Below, in pieces: positions 1-9,353 of a stretch of 64,000 nucleotides of DNA. The DNA lies in NCBI GenBank assembly GCA_963850905.1, contig CAWKMU010000003.1:736001-800000 (forward strand), given 5' to 3'. Position 1 is the first letter of the stretch; each line of letters opens with the position of its first letter. The translations under genes were made by a program, and so were the position numbers. The notes under the pieces are model-generated. The model had not been told where the DNA came from and made no database searches. It was given only the letters and a program-made list of their open reading frames with translations. The stretch is from an uncultured Gemmatimonadales bacterium (GTDB taxonomy: Bacteria > Gemmatimonadota > Gemmatimonadetes > Gemmatimonadales > Gemmatimonadaceae).

Positions 1-72
1 CCGTGCTGGGCAACTATCCCCGGACGCTGACCAAAGATGGTCACGCGCGGCGCGCACCGGGAGTTCAGACAG

Positions 73-2067
73 CTATCGTCGCGTCGACCCTTGCGGCCCG
101 TTGGTAACGCTGTCCACTTTCGCACGCCTCGCCAGCGAATCGAGTAGCACGCGCAAAGAGTCCACGCGATGGCGGCGCCGTGCAATCTCCGCTCGAATCG
201 CGAGCACGCTGTCGGTCGAGCGGCCGGCGCGGGAGTTGGCGGGCGGCGTCGGGGGGCGATTGAGCGCCTGGGAATAGGGCACGCCACCACTGGGCGGTCG
301 ATCGATGACGGGTTGGTCCCCGCGCGGGATCGGAGCGGCGCCGGGCGTAAAGACAGGCGCGGGATTTCGTCCCAGTGGCGGCCCGGTGTGCATCGCTTCG
401 GCCGACGGCGAAAGACGCCCGTCAGGCGCCGCACCAATCGGCAGACGCGGCAGGTCAGGTGTCTCCGGCATCGCGCCGGCGGTGTCCATTGACGCAGTGT
501 CGGTGCCCGAGGACGCGGTGTCCGCCAGCGCAGTGTTATCCGTTGGCGCGACCGCCGCAGAGCCAGGAGCGTGGATGGCGGCAGGATGCGTTGCCGCCGA
601 CTGAGATCCCCGGTGACCGAACGGCGACCGTCCGAGCATCAGCATACTGACGGCGGCCGTCGCACACGCCGCGAGCACGAGACACGCGGCGACGACGAGT
701 AGCTGACGTGCGCCCGAGTACTCCGAGCGAAGCGGCCAGACGGCGGCGCTGTTGACTGAGCGCTGTCCGCCCGCGCCAGCCACCGCCAACGCATGGTCGA
801 GCGCCGGCTCCCCGGTGGATGGGAGCGGCTGGTCGGCATCGGTCGCGTCCACATCAGTCTCGCCCGAGGGGCGCCACGCTCGTAGTACCGGCGTGGCCGG
901 CTCGCGACTGGGACGGCGGCTGGCCGGGCGCTCGAGAGCCGCAGCGTTGTGGGCCTCGGGCTCGCTTGGTGTGTCGGTCTCGGCCCCGGAGGGCACGGTC
1001 TCCAGTGCCGGAGGATCCGTGGCCGCCTTGACCGCCGTTGGTGAGAGTCGCGGCGCGCCGTCAGGGGCTCGGGTCGGCGTCGTGGGCTCGGCGGACTTGG
1101 ATCCCGACGTTCGTCGCACTGGGATCGGAGGCGGCGCGGCCGTCCGGACGGTGGAGGCCTTGGCATCCGAGTCGTACAAGGCCGCGAGGGCCTCGAGCGG
1201 AATCGCGACGGTGGGCTCGCCACCGACGGCAGACCCCGTCCAGGGCTCGAGCGGAGCCGACAGGTCCACCGGGACGTCATGATCCAACACCTCGTGCACT
1301 GCGCGCGGTGGTTCGACGGCGGCGACTTTGTCGCGCGCTTCAGTCCAGGGCTGGCCGACGACCACACCACTGCACGCGCACCCAAGGCGCGGCGCGAGAT
1401 CCACCACCCGCCGCTCCCGCTTCGACACGCGGAATGCGACTTCCGCGAGGAAGTCGCGTCCGCTGGGCTCGATCAACGTGTAGCCGCGCTTCTCGACATA
1501 CAGCCAGTTAGGAGCCGGTGCGCCGCCCGGAAGCGAGTAGAATCGGCGGGCATCGCGCAGCAAGCGTTCCTCGACCTCACGGGGCTGCGCCGCGACATTG
1601 ATCCCGCGCTTGGTGAGGCTTCGCAGTAACGCACCCGGTGTCGCGTGCCGATCGATGGATGCATCCCCACCACCGGGGCAATCGCCGACATACGTGATGT
1701 GTACGCCGTGGTGGCCCGCGCGCGCCCGGAGGTATCGCGCAGCCGCGACCGGCGGCGATGCGAGCGGCAGGAGGTGCGGCAACAGGCTCTCGATGCGGCG
1801 CATGCGCTCCCCCACGCGCGGGCAGGCGCACAGCACGACCGACCCCTGTCCGCGCGCCGCGATCTCGCGCAAGCAGCCCGATGCGACAAGCTCATCCCCC
1901 CAGCTCGAGGGGATCACCGCGCTGTAGCCCGCGGCGTAGCACGCGTTCACCAGCTGCCCCGGCGTTGCCGGACGGGCAGCCAAGAGCGCGTCCGCGCCGA
2001 GGATGATGATCGCGGGCGTCAGGGTCGCTTGTCTCGGGGAAGTTGCGGCCCCCTGAGGTGTGGCCAT
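73..2067 (-). CDS. Membrane-anchored protein with an N-terminal degenerate [FeFe]-hydrogenase large-subunit/Nar1-like Fe-S domain, a Pro/Ala-rich linker, one TM helix and a low-complexity C-terminal tail
   Basis: 664-aa ORF. Motifs GQLVNACYAAGY..WGDEL, LCACPRV, LLPHL..SPP, ITYVGDCP, SLPGG and DLAPRLGCACSG are colinear with the Fe_hyd_lg_C pattern (matched by eye). Hydrophobic stretch LLVVAACLVLAACATAAVSMLMLG. Paralogue at 34868-35911. Confidence 0.65.
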   Translation of the reverse strand: MATPQGAATSPRQATLTPAIIILGADALLAARPATPGQLVNACYAAGYSAVIPSSWGDELVASGCLREIAARGQGSVVLCACPRVGERMRRIESLLPHLLPLASPPVAAARYLRARAGHHGVHITYVGDCPGGGDASIDRHATPGALLRSLTKRGINVAAQPREVEERLLRDARRFYSLPGGAPAPNWLYVEKRGYTLIEPSGRDFLAEVAFRVSKRERRVVDLAPRLGCACSGVVVGQPWTEARDKVAAVEPPRAVHEVLDHDVPVDLSAPLEPWTGSAVGGEPTVAIPLEALAALYDSDAKASTVRTAAPPPIPVRRTSGSKSAEPTTPTRAPDGAPRLSPTAVKAATDPPALETVPSGAETDTPSEPEAHNAAALERPASRRPSREPATPVLRAWRPSGETDVDATDADQPLPSTGEPALDHALAVAGAGGQRSVNSAAVWPLRSEYSGARQLLVVAACLVLAACATAAVSMLMLGRSPFGHRGSQSAATHPAAIHAPGSAAVAPTDNTALADTASSGTDTASMDTAGAMPETPDLPRLPIGAAPDGRLSPSAEAMHTGPPLGRNPAPVFTPGAAPIPRGDQPVIDRPPSGGVPYSQALNRPPTPPANSRAGRSTDSVLAIRAEIARRRHRVDSLRVLLDSLARRAKVDSVTNGPQGSTRR

Positions 2068-2143
2068 TGCGCGGGAGTGAAAGTGCGTGGTGCCAAGAGG
2101 ATCCCACTACCCGACGAACGGCGGACCCGCGGATAACAGGGCC

Positions 2144-2357
2144 GGGGCAAAGGGCAGGGTCAGGGGTCAGGGGTCAGGGGTCAGGGGTCAGGGGTCAGGG
2201 GTCAGGGAACAAATCGAAAGGCCGGTTGCAGCGCACCCTGATCGGCCTCGGACCGGTAGGGGCGACGCATTGCGTCGCCCGCCGTTGCCGTGGTATTGGC
2301 CGTTGTTGTCCCCTGACCCCTGGACCCTGACCCCTGGACCCTGGCGCCGCCGTTCAG
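2144..2357. repeat. Composite intergenic element: (GGGGTCA)n arm, hairpin, GTAG-REP (2256-2280), inverted (TGACCCC)n arm
   Basis: About 7 tandem GGGGTCA units, GGACCGGTAGGGGCGACGCATTGCGTCGCCC and complementary TGACCCC units; ends in CCGCCGTTCA. Confidence 0.85.
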
Positions 2358-2363
2358 CCACCC

Positions 2364-2939
2364 CTACGATGCCGCGGCGATCACATCCACGATCTCCCGC
2401 ACCGTGCTCGCCCCGTGGTCGCGCGCGTACCAGCGGCGCACTTCGCGGTAACGGCTCTCCTTGTCGAGCGGCCGCCCCTCGGTCATGACCCACGTCTGCA
2501 GCTCGCGGGGACGCGGACCCCAGAACCCCTGTTCCTGGTACGCGGCGTCCAGGATCAAGACGATCGGAATGGACCGTGCGCCCGCGGTCAGATGGGTGTC
2601 CATGAGGTCGAGATTCGCATCCCGGGGCAGGATGCGCAGGTCGACGTTGGGCGCACGTTCCGTAAGTCTCGCCATCACGGGCACAGTATTCACCCCGTCG
2701 CCACACCAGTCCTCGACCAGGACCAGCAGATGCCACTGCCGCCCGGCCGCGATGACGCGCGCGACCTCTGCGTCGCTGACCTGGGCCCGCGCGTACACGG
2801 CGCGCCACAGGTCGGCGTTTGCCCGTGCGGAAGCCAGGAAATCGGTGAACGTCAGTCCAGTCTCGTACCGCTCGCGGGTCACGACCCCGACTGCCAGACG
2901 CTCACCGAGGCCCGCTGGCGTACCAGCGGGCGTTGTCAC
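2364..2939 (-). CDS. Thioredoxin-family protein (Thioredoxin_9-like)
   Basis: LVLVEDWCGDG..P, RD.N.DLMD.HLT.GARSIP and WGPRP motifs. Confidence 0.85.
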   Translation of the reverse strand: MTTPAGTPAGLGERLAVGVVTRERYETGLTFTDFLASARANADLWRAVYARAQVSDAEVARVIAAGRQWHLLVLVEDWCGDGVNTVPVMARLTERAPNVDLRILPRDANLDLMDTHLTAGARSIPIVLILDAAYQEQGFWGPRPRELQTWVMTEGRPLDKESRYREVRRWYARDHGASTVREIVDVIAAAS

Positions 2940-3448
2940 CTCGGCGCTCCCTGACTCGCGCGCGCCGTAGCCAATCGCTCGTCGTCCATCCGGGCAAGCT
3001 GGCTCTGGATCTGACGCCGGAACTCGAGCGGGTCAGCGATGTTCTCGAACGACTCTCGCGTGCCGCCAGTGCCGGTGACCGTGACCGTTCCATAATTGCA
3101 GATGCGACCAGTGAGATCCTGGTGCACCCCGACCCCCTCGACTTTGCTCAACATGGTCTCGACCGTGCGCCGCTGCAGCACGCCGAGCTTGATCATCACT
3201 CGGCGATTCGTGACCGCAAATTCTGCTGAATGCACGCGAATCCGCGCCCACAGCCACACGACCACCGCCGCGACGGCCAGGATGCCCGCGGCGAGCCAGT
3301 GATGGCCCACCGGGAAATAGTTTCGAAACACGGCCGCGGCAATCGCGAGCGCCGCCGGCGGCACCACCCATCCATACGGAAGGGGGGCAAGCGAGCCGCG
3401 GTACACCACGGACTCACCCTGAATGAGATTCTTATCGACGTAAGACAT
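2936..3448 (-). CDS. Membrane-flanked bacterial PH-domain (bPH_2) protein
   Basis: MSYVDKNL..GE start, two TM segments, EFAVTNRRVMIKLG and GRICNYGTVTVTGTGG; 4-bp overlap with the downstream gene. Confidence 0.85.
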   Translation of the reverse strand: MSYVDKNLIQGESVVYRGSLAPLPYGWVVPPAALAIAAAVFRNYFPVGHHWLAAGILAVAAVVVWLWARIRVHSAEFAVTNRRVMIKLGVLQRRTVETMLSKVEGVGVHQDLTGRICNYGTVTVTGTGGTRESFENIADPLEFRRQIQSQLARMDDERLATARASQGAPR

Positions 3449-3526
3449 GAGACCAAAACGCTAACGAATCAGCCGCATTGGCGTCACTGCCCCGTCGAAG
3501 GACCCCTGACCCCTGACCCCTGCCTC

Positions 3527-4918
3527 TCAGTACTTCCCCAAATACCGCCCCAACTCCCACGAACTCACCTGAGCGGAGTACTCCTGCCACTCCTGCCGCT
3601 TGGCCGCCAGATATTGGTTCGCGATATGATCGCCGAGCGCCGCCATGATCGTGTCGTCTTTCTCCAGCTCGCGGCAGGCCTCCTCGAGATTCTGTGGGAG
3701 GTCATCGATGCGGAGCCGGCGTTTCTCGCGGAACGACATGTCCCAGATGCTCGTGTTGACCGGCTCACGCCACTCGGCCTGCGTCTCGATGCCGTCCAGG
3801 CCGGCCGCGAGCATCACCGCGAGTGCGAGATAGGGATTCGCCGCGGGATCCGGCATACGGCACTCCACGCGAGTGCCTGGGCCTCGCCGATCGGGAATGC
3901 GGATCATCGGCGACACGTTCCGCATCGACCAGGCGACGTTCACCGGTGCCTCGTACCCGGGGACCAGCCGCTTGTAGGAGTTGACGAGCGGGTTGGTGAT
4001 GGCACACATCCCGCGCGCGTGTCGCAGCATCCCGCCGATGTAATGCAGCGCGGTCCGTGACAGCTGCCACTCCGCGTCGGGATCCCAGAAGGCATTCTCG
4101 GTCCCGCGAAACAGGGACTGATGCGTGTGCATCCCACTGCCGTTCTGCCCGTAGATCGGCTTCGGCATGAACGACGCGAGGAGACCGAACTGCTGGGCCA
4201 CGTGCCGAACCACGAAGCGGAACGTGGCGATGTTGTCCGCCGTCCGGAGCGCGTCGGCGTAGCGGAAGTCGATCTCGTGCTGGCCGTGCGCGACCTCGTG
4301 GTGCGCGGCTTCCACCTCGAAGCCCATCCCTTCGAGCACCTCGACGACCGCGCGGCGGGCATCCTCTCCGAGATCGACCGGGGCCAGGTCGAAGTACCCC
4401 CCGACATCCTGTGTGACTGTCGTCGGCTGCCCGTCGCTTCCGCGGCGGAACATGAAGAACTCCGCTTCCATCCCGGCGTTCATCGTGAAGCCAAGGGCCG
4501 CAGCCCGAGCGACGCACCGTTTGAGCACGCCGCGCGGATCACCGGGGAATGGCGTGCCGTCCGGCGTCGTGATGTCGCAGATCAGCCGCGCGATCCGGTT
4601 GTCGGCGTCGCCCCACGGAAAAACCTGAAACGTCGAGAGATCGGGCCGGAGCAACATGTCCGACTCCTCGGTCCGTACGAAGCCCTCGATCGAGGACCCG
4701 TCGAACATGATGTCGCCCTCGATCGCCTTCTCGAACTGCGACGCGGGGATCTCGACATTCTTGTTGACACCGAGGATGTCCGTGAACTGCAGCCGCAGGT
4801 AGCGCACCTTGTGCGCGGTCGCCAGCTCGAGAATGTCGGCTTTCGTCGCCCCGGCCGACGAGACCGCGTTGCGCACGGCGGCCCGGCCGCCCGGCCGGCG
4901 GCTCGCCCCTGGACTCAT
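3527..4918 (-). CDS. glnA: Glutamine synthetase type I
   Basis: FDGSSIEGF, HHEVAHGQHEIDF, FMPKP..NGSGMHTHQSL, NSYKRLVPGYEAP and RVECRMPDPAANPYLA. Start placed at ATG 4918; the upstream extension in the ORF track is antisense to the next gene. Confidence 0.95.
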   Translation of the reverse strand: MSPGASRRPGGRAAVRNAVSSAGATKADILELATAHKVRYLRLQFTDILGVNKNVEIPASQFEKAIEGDIMFDGSSIEGFVRTEESDMLLRPDLSTFQVFPWGDADNRIARLICDITTPDGTPFPGDPRGVLKRCVARAAALGFTMNAGMEAEFFMFRRGSDGQPTTVTQDVGGYFDLAPVDLGEDARRAVVEVLEGMGFEVEAAHHEVAHGQHEIDFRYADALRTADNIATFRFVVRHVAQQFGLLASFMPKPIYGQNGSGMHTHQSLFRGTENAFWDPDAEWQLSRTALHYIGGMLRHARGMCAITNPLVNSYKRLVPGYEAPVNVAWSMRNVSPMIRIPDRRGPGTRVECRMPDPAANPYLALAVMLAAGLDGIETQAEWREPVNTSIWDMSFREKRRLRIDDLPQNLEEACRELEKDDTIMAALGDHIANQYLAAKRQEWQEYSAQVSSWELGRYLGKY

Positions 4919-4964
4919 GGTGCCAAGTATAGTGCAGTCTCCGATCGCTCCATACCTTTCGCCG

Positions 4965-5847
4965 ATGTCCAGCATGACACCTGCTTCATCGTCCAATCCT
5001 ACTGTTGATACTCCGGGCTCGGCGTCGACGCGTCCCTGTCCGAGCTGCAGCGCCGTCGTGCCCACGGGGCGCTTTTGTGTCGAATGCGGCGCGTCGCTCG
5101 AGGGCGGCGTCTGCGCCGTGTGTCGCGCGCAACTCGAGCCCGGCGCGAAGTTCTGCCATCGATGCGGGACAGCAGCGGGCACGCCGGCGCCACTCATCAC
5201 CGGCTCCAAATCGCTCGTCGGGTTCCTGCCGTTGGGGATCGCCGCGCTCGCGATCGTCGCCCTCATCGCGTTCATCGCCGGACGAAGCATCGGCGGCGGA
5301 CCCGCGCAGGACACGCCGGCGACAGACCAGGCCGCGAGCGCCGAGGCGCCGCCGGACGCCTCCGCAGGCGGCCCGGTAGCCGAAGGCGGCGCGATCCGCG
5401 CGCCAGACATCTCGAATCTGTCGCCCCGCGAGCGGGCGGACCGGCTGTTCGACCGTGTCATGCGACTGGACGAGGAAGGCAAGCGTGACAGCGTCGACTT
5501 CTTCGCACCCATGGTGCTGGCCGCGTATCGAGATGCTCGGTCCGTTGGACCTGGATCAGCATTACGATCTCGGTCGGATCGGCGAGGTGACGGGCGCGGC
5601 AACGCTGGCTCGCGCGGAGGCCGACACGATCCTGCGTGCCAGTCCGACGCACCTCCTCGGTCTCACCCTGGCAGCGCGAGTCGCAGTCGACGCGCGCCAG
5701 ACGACCGAAGCTCGATCGTACTATCGGCGCCTGGTCGGAGCCGCCAAAGCCGAGCAGGCGAAGAACTTGCCCGAGTACGAGCGGCACCGGCACGACATTG
5801 ATACGGCGCTGACGGAAGCTCGCCAGCTGGGGCTCGGAAGCCCATGA
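4965..5847 (+). CDS. Double zinc-ribbon membrane protein with a C-terminal helical (TPR-like) domain; apparent +1 indel near 5529
   Basis: CPSC..FCVECG..CAVC..FCHRCG followed by a TM helix. Reading AAY then [15 protein letters not shown] requires removing one base; the stop then overlaps the mqnD ATG. Confidence 0.7.
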
Positions 5848-6681
5848 CCGCGCGCGTCGTCCGCCTCGCGCACAGTCCGGACTCCGACGACGCGTTCATG
5901 TTCTACGCGTTGGCGGAAGGCAAAGTCGATACCGAGGGCGTGCAGTACGTTCACGAATTACAGGACATCGAGACTCTCAACCAGCGCGCGCGTCGCGCCG
6001 AGTTGGACGTGACCGCCGTCTCGATCCACGCGTACGCGTACCTGATTGACTCCTACGCACTGCTGCCGCACGGGGCATTCAATGGGAGACCGATACGGAC
6101 CGCGGCTCGTCGCGCGGGAGCCCCTGCGCCGAGCCGATGTGCGGGGACGGCGGATCGCGATCCCTGGCCCGCTGACGACCGCGTATCTGGTGCTGTCGCT
6201 GTATGAGCCCGACTTCATCGCCGTTCCGACGCCATTCGACCAAATCGAAGATGCGGTCGTCAACGGGGAAGCCGAGCTTGGCCTCCTCATCCATGAAGGC
6301 CAGCTGACGTACCGCGACCGCGGCCTGCACCTGGTCGCCGACATGGGCGAGTGGTGGTACGGCGAGACGGGGTTGCCGCTACCGTTGGGCGGCAACGTGA
6401 TCCGCAAGGATCTGGGACCCGCCCTCATGGCCCAGGTCTCCCGCCACCTGCGCGAGAGCATAGCCTACGGCCTCGCCCACCGCAGCCAGGCGCTCGACCA
6501 CGCGATGCAATACGCGCGTGGCCTGGACCGTACGAAAGCCGACACGTTCGTCGGGATGTATGTGAATGAATGGACCCTCGACTACGGCGACCGCGGACGC
6601 CAAGCCGTGCGCGAGCTCCTCGCCCGTGGCGTCGCGAGCGGCATAGTACCGGGCCCGGCTCGGGTGGAGTTTGCGGACTAG
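5844..6681 (+). CDS. mqnD: 1,4-dihydroxy-6-naphthoate synthase (futalosine menaquinone pathway); apparent indel near 6078
   Basis: [29 protein letters not shown], then in the shifted frame [36 protein letters not shown] and MYVNEWT. Confidence 0.9.
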
Positions 6682-6686
6682 AAACA

Positions 6687-6795
6687 AGGGATCAGGGATC
6701 AGGGGTCAGGGAACCAACCTGAGGGCCAGCCACGGTGCACCGTGGCTGGCCTTTCGTTTCCTTCCCTGACCCCTGACCCCTGATCCCTGATCCCT
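6687..6795. repeat. Heptamer-armed hairpin element (GGGATCA arms around GAGGGCCAGCCACGGTGCACCGTGGCTGGCC)
   Basis: Inverted heptamer arrays flank a GC-rich hairpin followed by T residues, so it may act as the mqnD terminator. Confidence 0.8.
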
Positions 6796-6923
6796 TGCCG
6801 TTACAGGCGTTTCCCCGCGGGCGTCCTTGTTTCGTGACCCCGTACGCGCAATCCGTTCGCCGCGACCGCGCGGCGCGACCGCTGACGCCTGTGTCCTCCG
6901 CGGCGACGGTGAGTGCGGAAGCC

Positions 6924-9353
6924 ATGCATGCCAGCGACGCGCTCAGTCATGTGGCGCGACGCCTTGCCGCGACGGGCACCGACCTCAGTGCCGCGATGGC
7001 GCTCCTCGCCAACAATGGCCTGACGTTGCTCGGCGCCGAAGGCGCGGTCGTCGCTCGCATTGACGGCGACCAGTTCCGGGTCGAGGCGGCGGCTGGGTCG
7101 CTGGTCCCGATGGTCGGGTTTCAGGCGCCGCTCGCCGGCTCGCTAGCCCAGGACGCGTTGACCCGGGGGCAGGCAGTCCTGGTGAATCAGGTCCAGGGCG
7201 ATGCACGCGTGGACGTGCATTTCTTGACACCCTTCAGCCCCCGCCACGTCGCCATCGCCCCGCTCGTCGCCGGGCATGAGCCGTGCGGGTTCCTGCTCGT
7301 CCTCAATAGCGAGCGCGGTGGCTTTACCACGAGTGACACCATGGTGCTGCAGCGCCTCGCCGATTTCGGCGCCATCGCACTCGCCCAGGTCACTGGCTGT
7401 CGGCACGCGGAAACAGCGGCCCTCGATGAGGCGTGCCTGTCCCACGTGGTGCGCGAGATGAATCAGTCGCTGGAGCTCGAACGCGTCGTATCCCTGCTTG
7501 CTCGTCACGCCGCTCGGCTCTCCCACGCGCGCGGCGCGCGCGTGATGCTCGTCGAACCCGCCGGCCTGTCGATCGTGGCTGCCGTCGGCGACGCAGCGGA
7601 TGCCGTCGGCACCACCGTCGATCCGGCCGGCCAGTTCGCGCAGCGGGCGATCGAGCTCCTGGCAGGCGTGCGGACGTCGGACCTGCGGTCGTACGCGGAT
7701 GTCTGGCAGCGCACGCCGGCCGCACGTGACGACACGCTCGGCGAAGGCCGTCCCAATGGCGTCGCAGTGCCGCTCATCGTCGGCGGCCGCGCGATCGGGG
7801 TGATCGCCGCGTTCGGTAACGAGAGTCGCGACTTCGATGAGCGCGACCAGTCGATCCTGCAGAGCCTGGCCGACCATGCGGCGATCGCCGTCGAGAACGC
7901 GCGCCTCTATCGCGCGGCCGCGTACATGGCCCGTCATGCCAACGTCCTCGCGGCCTCCGCGCGCGCACTGGCCGTCAACCCGACGCCCGAAGCGGTCATG
8001 GCCGGCATCTCACGCGTGGCCTGCACCGCACTCGGCGCCGATGGATTCAGCGTGTTCCTCGCCAACCCGACCACACGTCGCGTCGATCTCGCGCACACCG
8101 AAGGCGTCGGCACGGGGATCATCAACTGGACCCCCAATCGGTTCTGGTCCATGGCCGCGGGCGAGGTCACCACATCGGGCGTGCCGGTCTACGTGTCGGA
8201 TGCCGAGTCGCTGTATCACACGCTCAATCCGACGGAGCTCCTGGCCTATCGCGCGGCACGCATGCGGTCGATCGCATTTCTCCCGCTGCCGAGCGACGGG
8301 GCGCAACACGGTGTGCTCGTCCTCCGCTTCCTCACGCGGCACGGCTTCGACGATGCCGAACGCCACCTCCTGACCGACTTCGCGACGCAGGTAGCGGTCG
8401 CGATCCGCAATGCCCAGCTCGCGGAAGCCGAACGCGCCAGCCGTGATCGCGAGGGGGCGTTGAAGGAGTCGATGCATCAGACGGAAAAACTCGCGGCGCT
8501 TGGCGAGCTCGTGGCTGGCGTCGCGCACGAGTTGAACAATCCGCTGACCGGCATCTCGACCTTCGCGCAGCTGCTCCTCGAGGATCCGCTTTCGGAGGAG
8601 CAAAGCGAATCCGTACGAGAGATCAAACGCGAGGCCGACCGCGCGGTGGGCGTGATTCGCGAGTTGCTGACCTTCTCGCGCAAGACCGGGCCGCGACTCA
8701 TCGCGGTCGATCTCAATGCCCTCGTCCAGCATACCGTGCGGCTCCGCGCATACTCGCTGCAGTCAACGGGCATCGAAGTTCGCACCGAGCTCGACCCGGT
8801 GCCGCCGACGGCGATCGGAGACGATCAACGGTTGCAGCAGGTGATGCTCAACCTCGTGGTGAATGCGGAATACGCCATGCACCGCGCCCCGACCCGTGTG
8901 CTCACGATTCGCACCACGCGGCAAACCGTGGGCGGGATTCCGCGCGTCGTCATCGACGTGATGGATACCGGGACGGGCATGACGCCCGACGTCCTCCCGC
9001 ATATCTTCGAGCCCTTCTTCACCACCAAGCCCGCCGGGGTGGGGACGGGCTTGGGCCTGAGCGTGAGCCACACGATCATCCAATCGCACGGCGGCACGAT
9101 CGACGTGCAAAGCACACCGGCCGTTGGCACGACATTCACCGTGGCACTTCCGGAGTACGTCGCGAGTACTAATGGACGGGTCCTGGCACCCCCATCCGCA
9201 GCGGTTGCGCGCCCGTCTGGCGCCGCCGCCCAGCTCACGACCGCGCCTGCAACAGACGCCCCGAGACACGCGGCTCCCACCGCGCCGACCGGGGAGACAC
9301 CGCGTGGCGCGCCGACACCATCGCCCACGAAACCTCCGCATGTCGACCGATAG
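6924..9353 (+). CDS. Multi-GAF sensor histidine kinase (NtrB-like core)
   Basis: Three GAF-like repeats, H-box EKLAALGELVAGVAHELNNPL, N-box QQVMLNLVVNA, and DTGTGM, FEPFFTTK, GTGLGLS. Confidence 0.92.
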   Translation: MHASDALSHVARRLAATGTDLSAAMALLANNGLTLLGAEGAVVARIDGDQFRVEAAAGSLVPMVGFQAPLAGSLAQDALTRGQAVLVNQVQGDARVDVHFLTPFSPRHVAIAPLVAGHEPCGFLLVLNSERGGFTTSDTMVLQRLADFGAIALAQVTGCRHAETAALDEACLSHVVREMNQSLELERVVSLLARHAARLSHARGARVMLVEPAGLSIVAAVGDAADAVGTTVDPAGQFAQRAIELLAGVRTSDLRSYADVWQRTPAARDDTLGEGRPNGVAVPLIVGGRAIGVIAAFGNESRDFDERDQSILQSLADHAAIAVENARLYRAAAYMARHANVLAASARALAVNPTPEAVMAGISRVACTALGADGFSVFLANPTTRRVDLAHTEGVGTGIINWTPNRFWSMAAGEVTTSGVPVYVSDAESLYHTLNPTELLAYRAARMRSIAFLPLPSDGAQHGVLVLRFLTRHGFDDAERHLLTDFATQVAVAIRNAQLAEAERASRDREGALKESMHQTEKLAALGELVAGVAHELNNPLTGISTFAQLLLEDPLSEEQSESVREIKREADRAVGVIRELLTFSRKTGPRLIAVDLNALVQHTVRLRAYSLQSTGIEVRTELDPVPPTAIGDDQRLQQVMLNLVVNAEYAMHRAPTRVLTIRTTRQTVGGIPRVVIDVMDTGTGMTPDVLPHIFEPFFTTKPAGVGTGLGLSVSHTIIQSHGGTIDVQSTPAVGTTFTVALPEYVASTNGRVLAPPSAAVARPSGAAAQLTTAPATDAPRHAAPTAPTGETPRGAPTPSPTKPPHVDR

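Noticed and set aside
73..2067. Functional [FeFe] hydrogenase
   Set aside because: The catalytic-site motifs are degenerate (no P2 Lys/Glu, altered P1 and P3), with no ferredoxin domains or maturases nearby.
2155..2345. Possible CRISPR array formed by recurring repeats
   Set aside because: The repeats are 7-mers or dispersed REPs with no regular repeat-spacer periodicity, and there are no cas genes.
4919..5602. 228-aa N-terminal extension of glnA in the ORF track
   Set aside because: It is the antisense shadow of the zinc-ribbon gene; GS homology and a -10 element support ATG 4918.
6070..6090. Programmed frameshifting in mqnD, pntB or argH
   Set aside because: There is no slippery sequence or consistent stimulator, and the many similar single-base indels point to assembly error.
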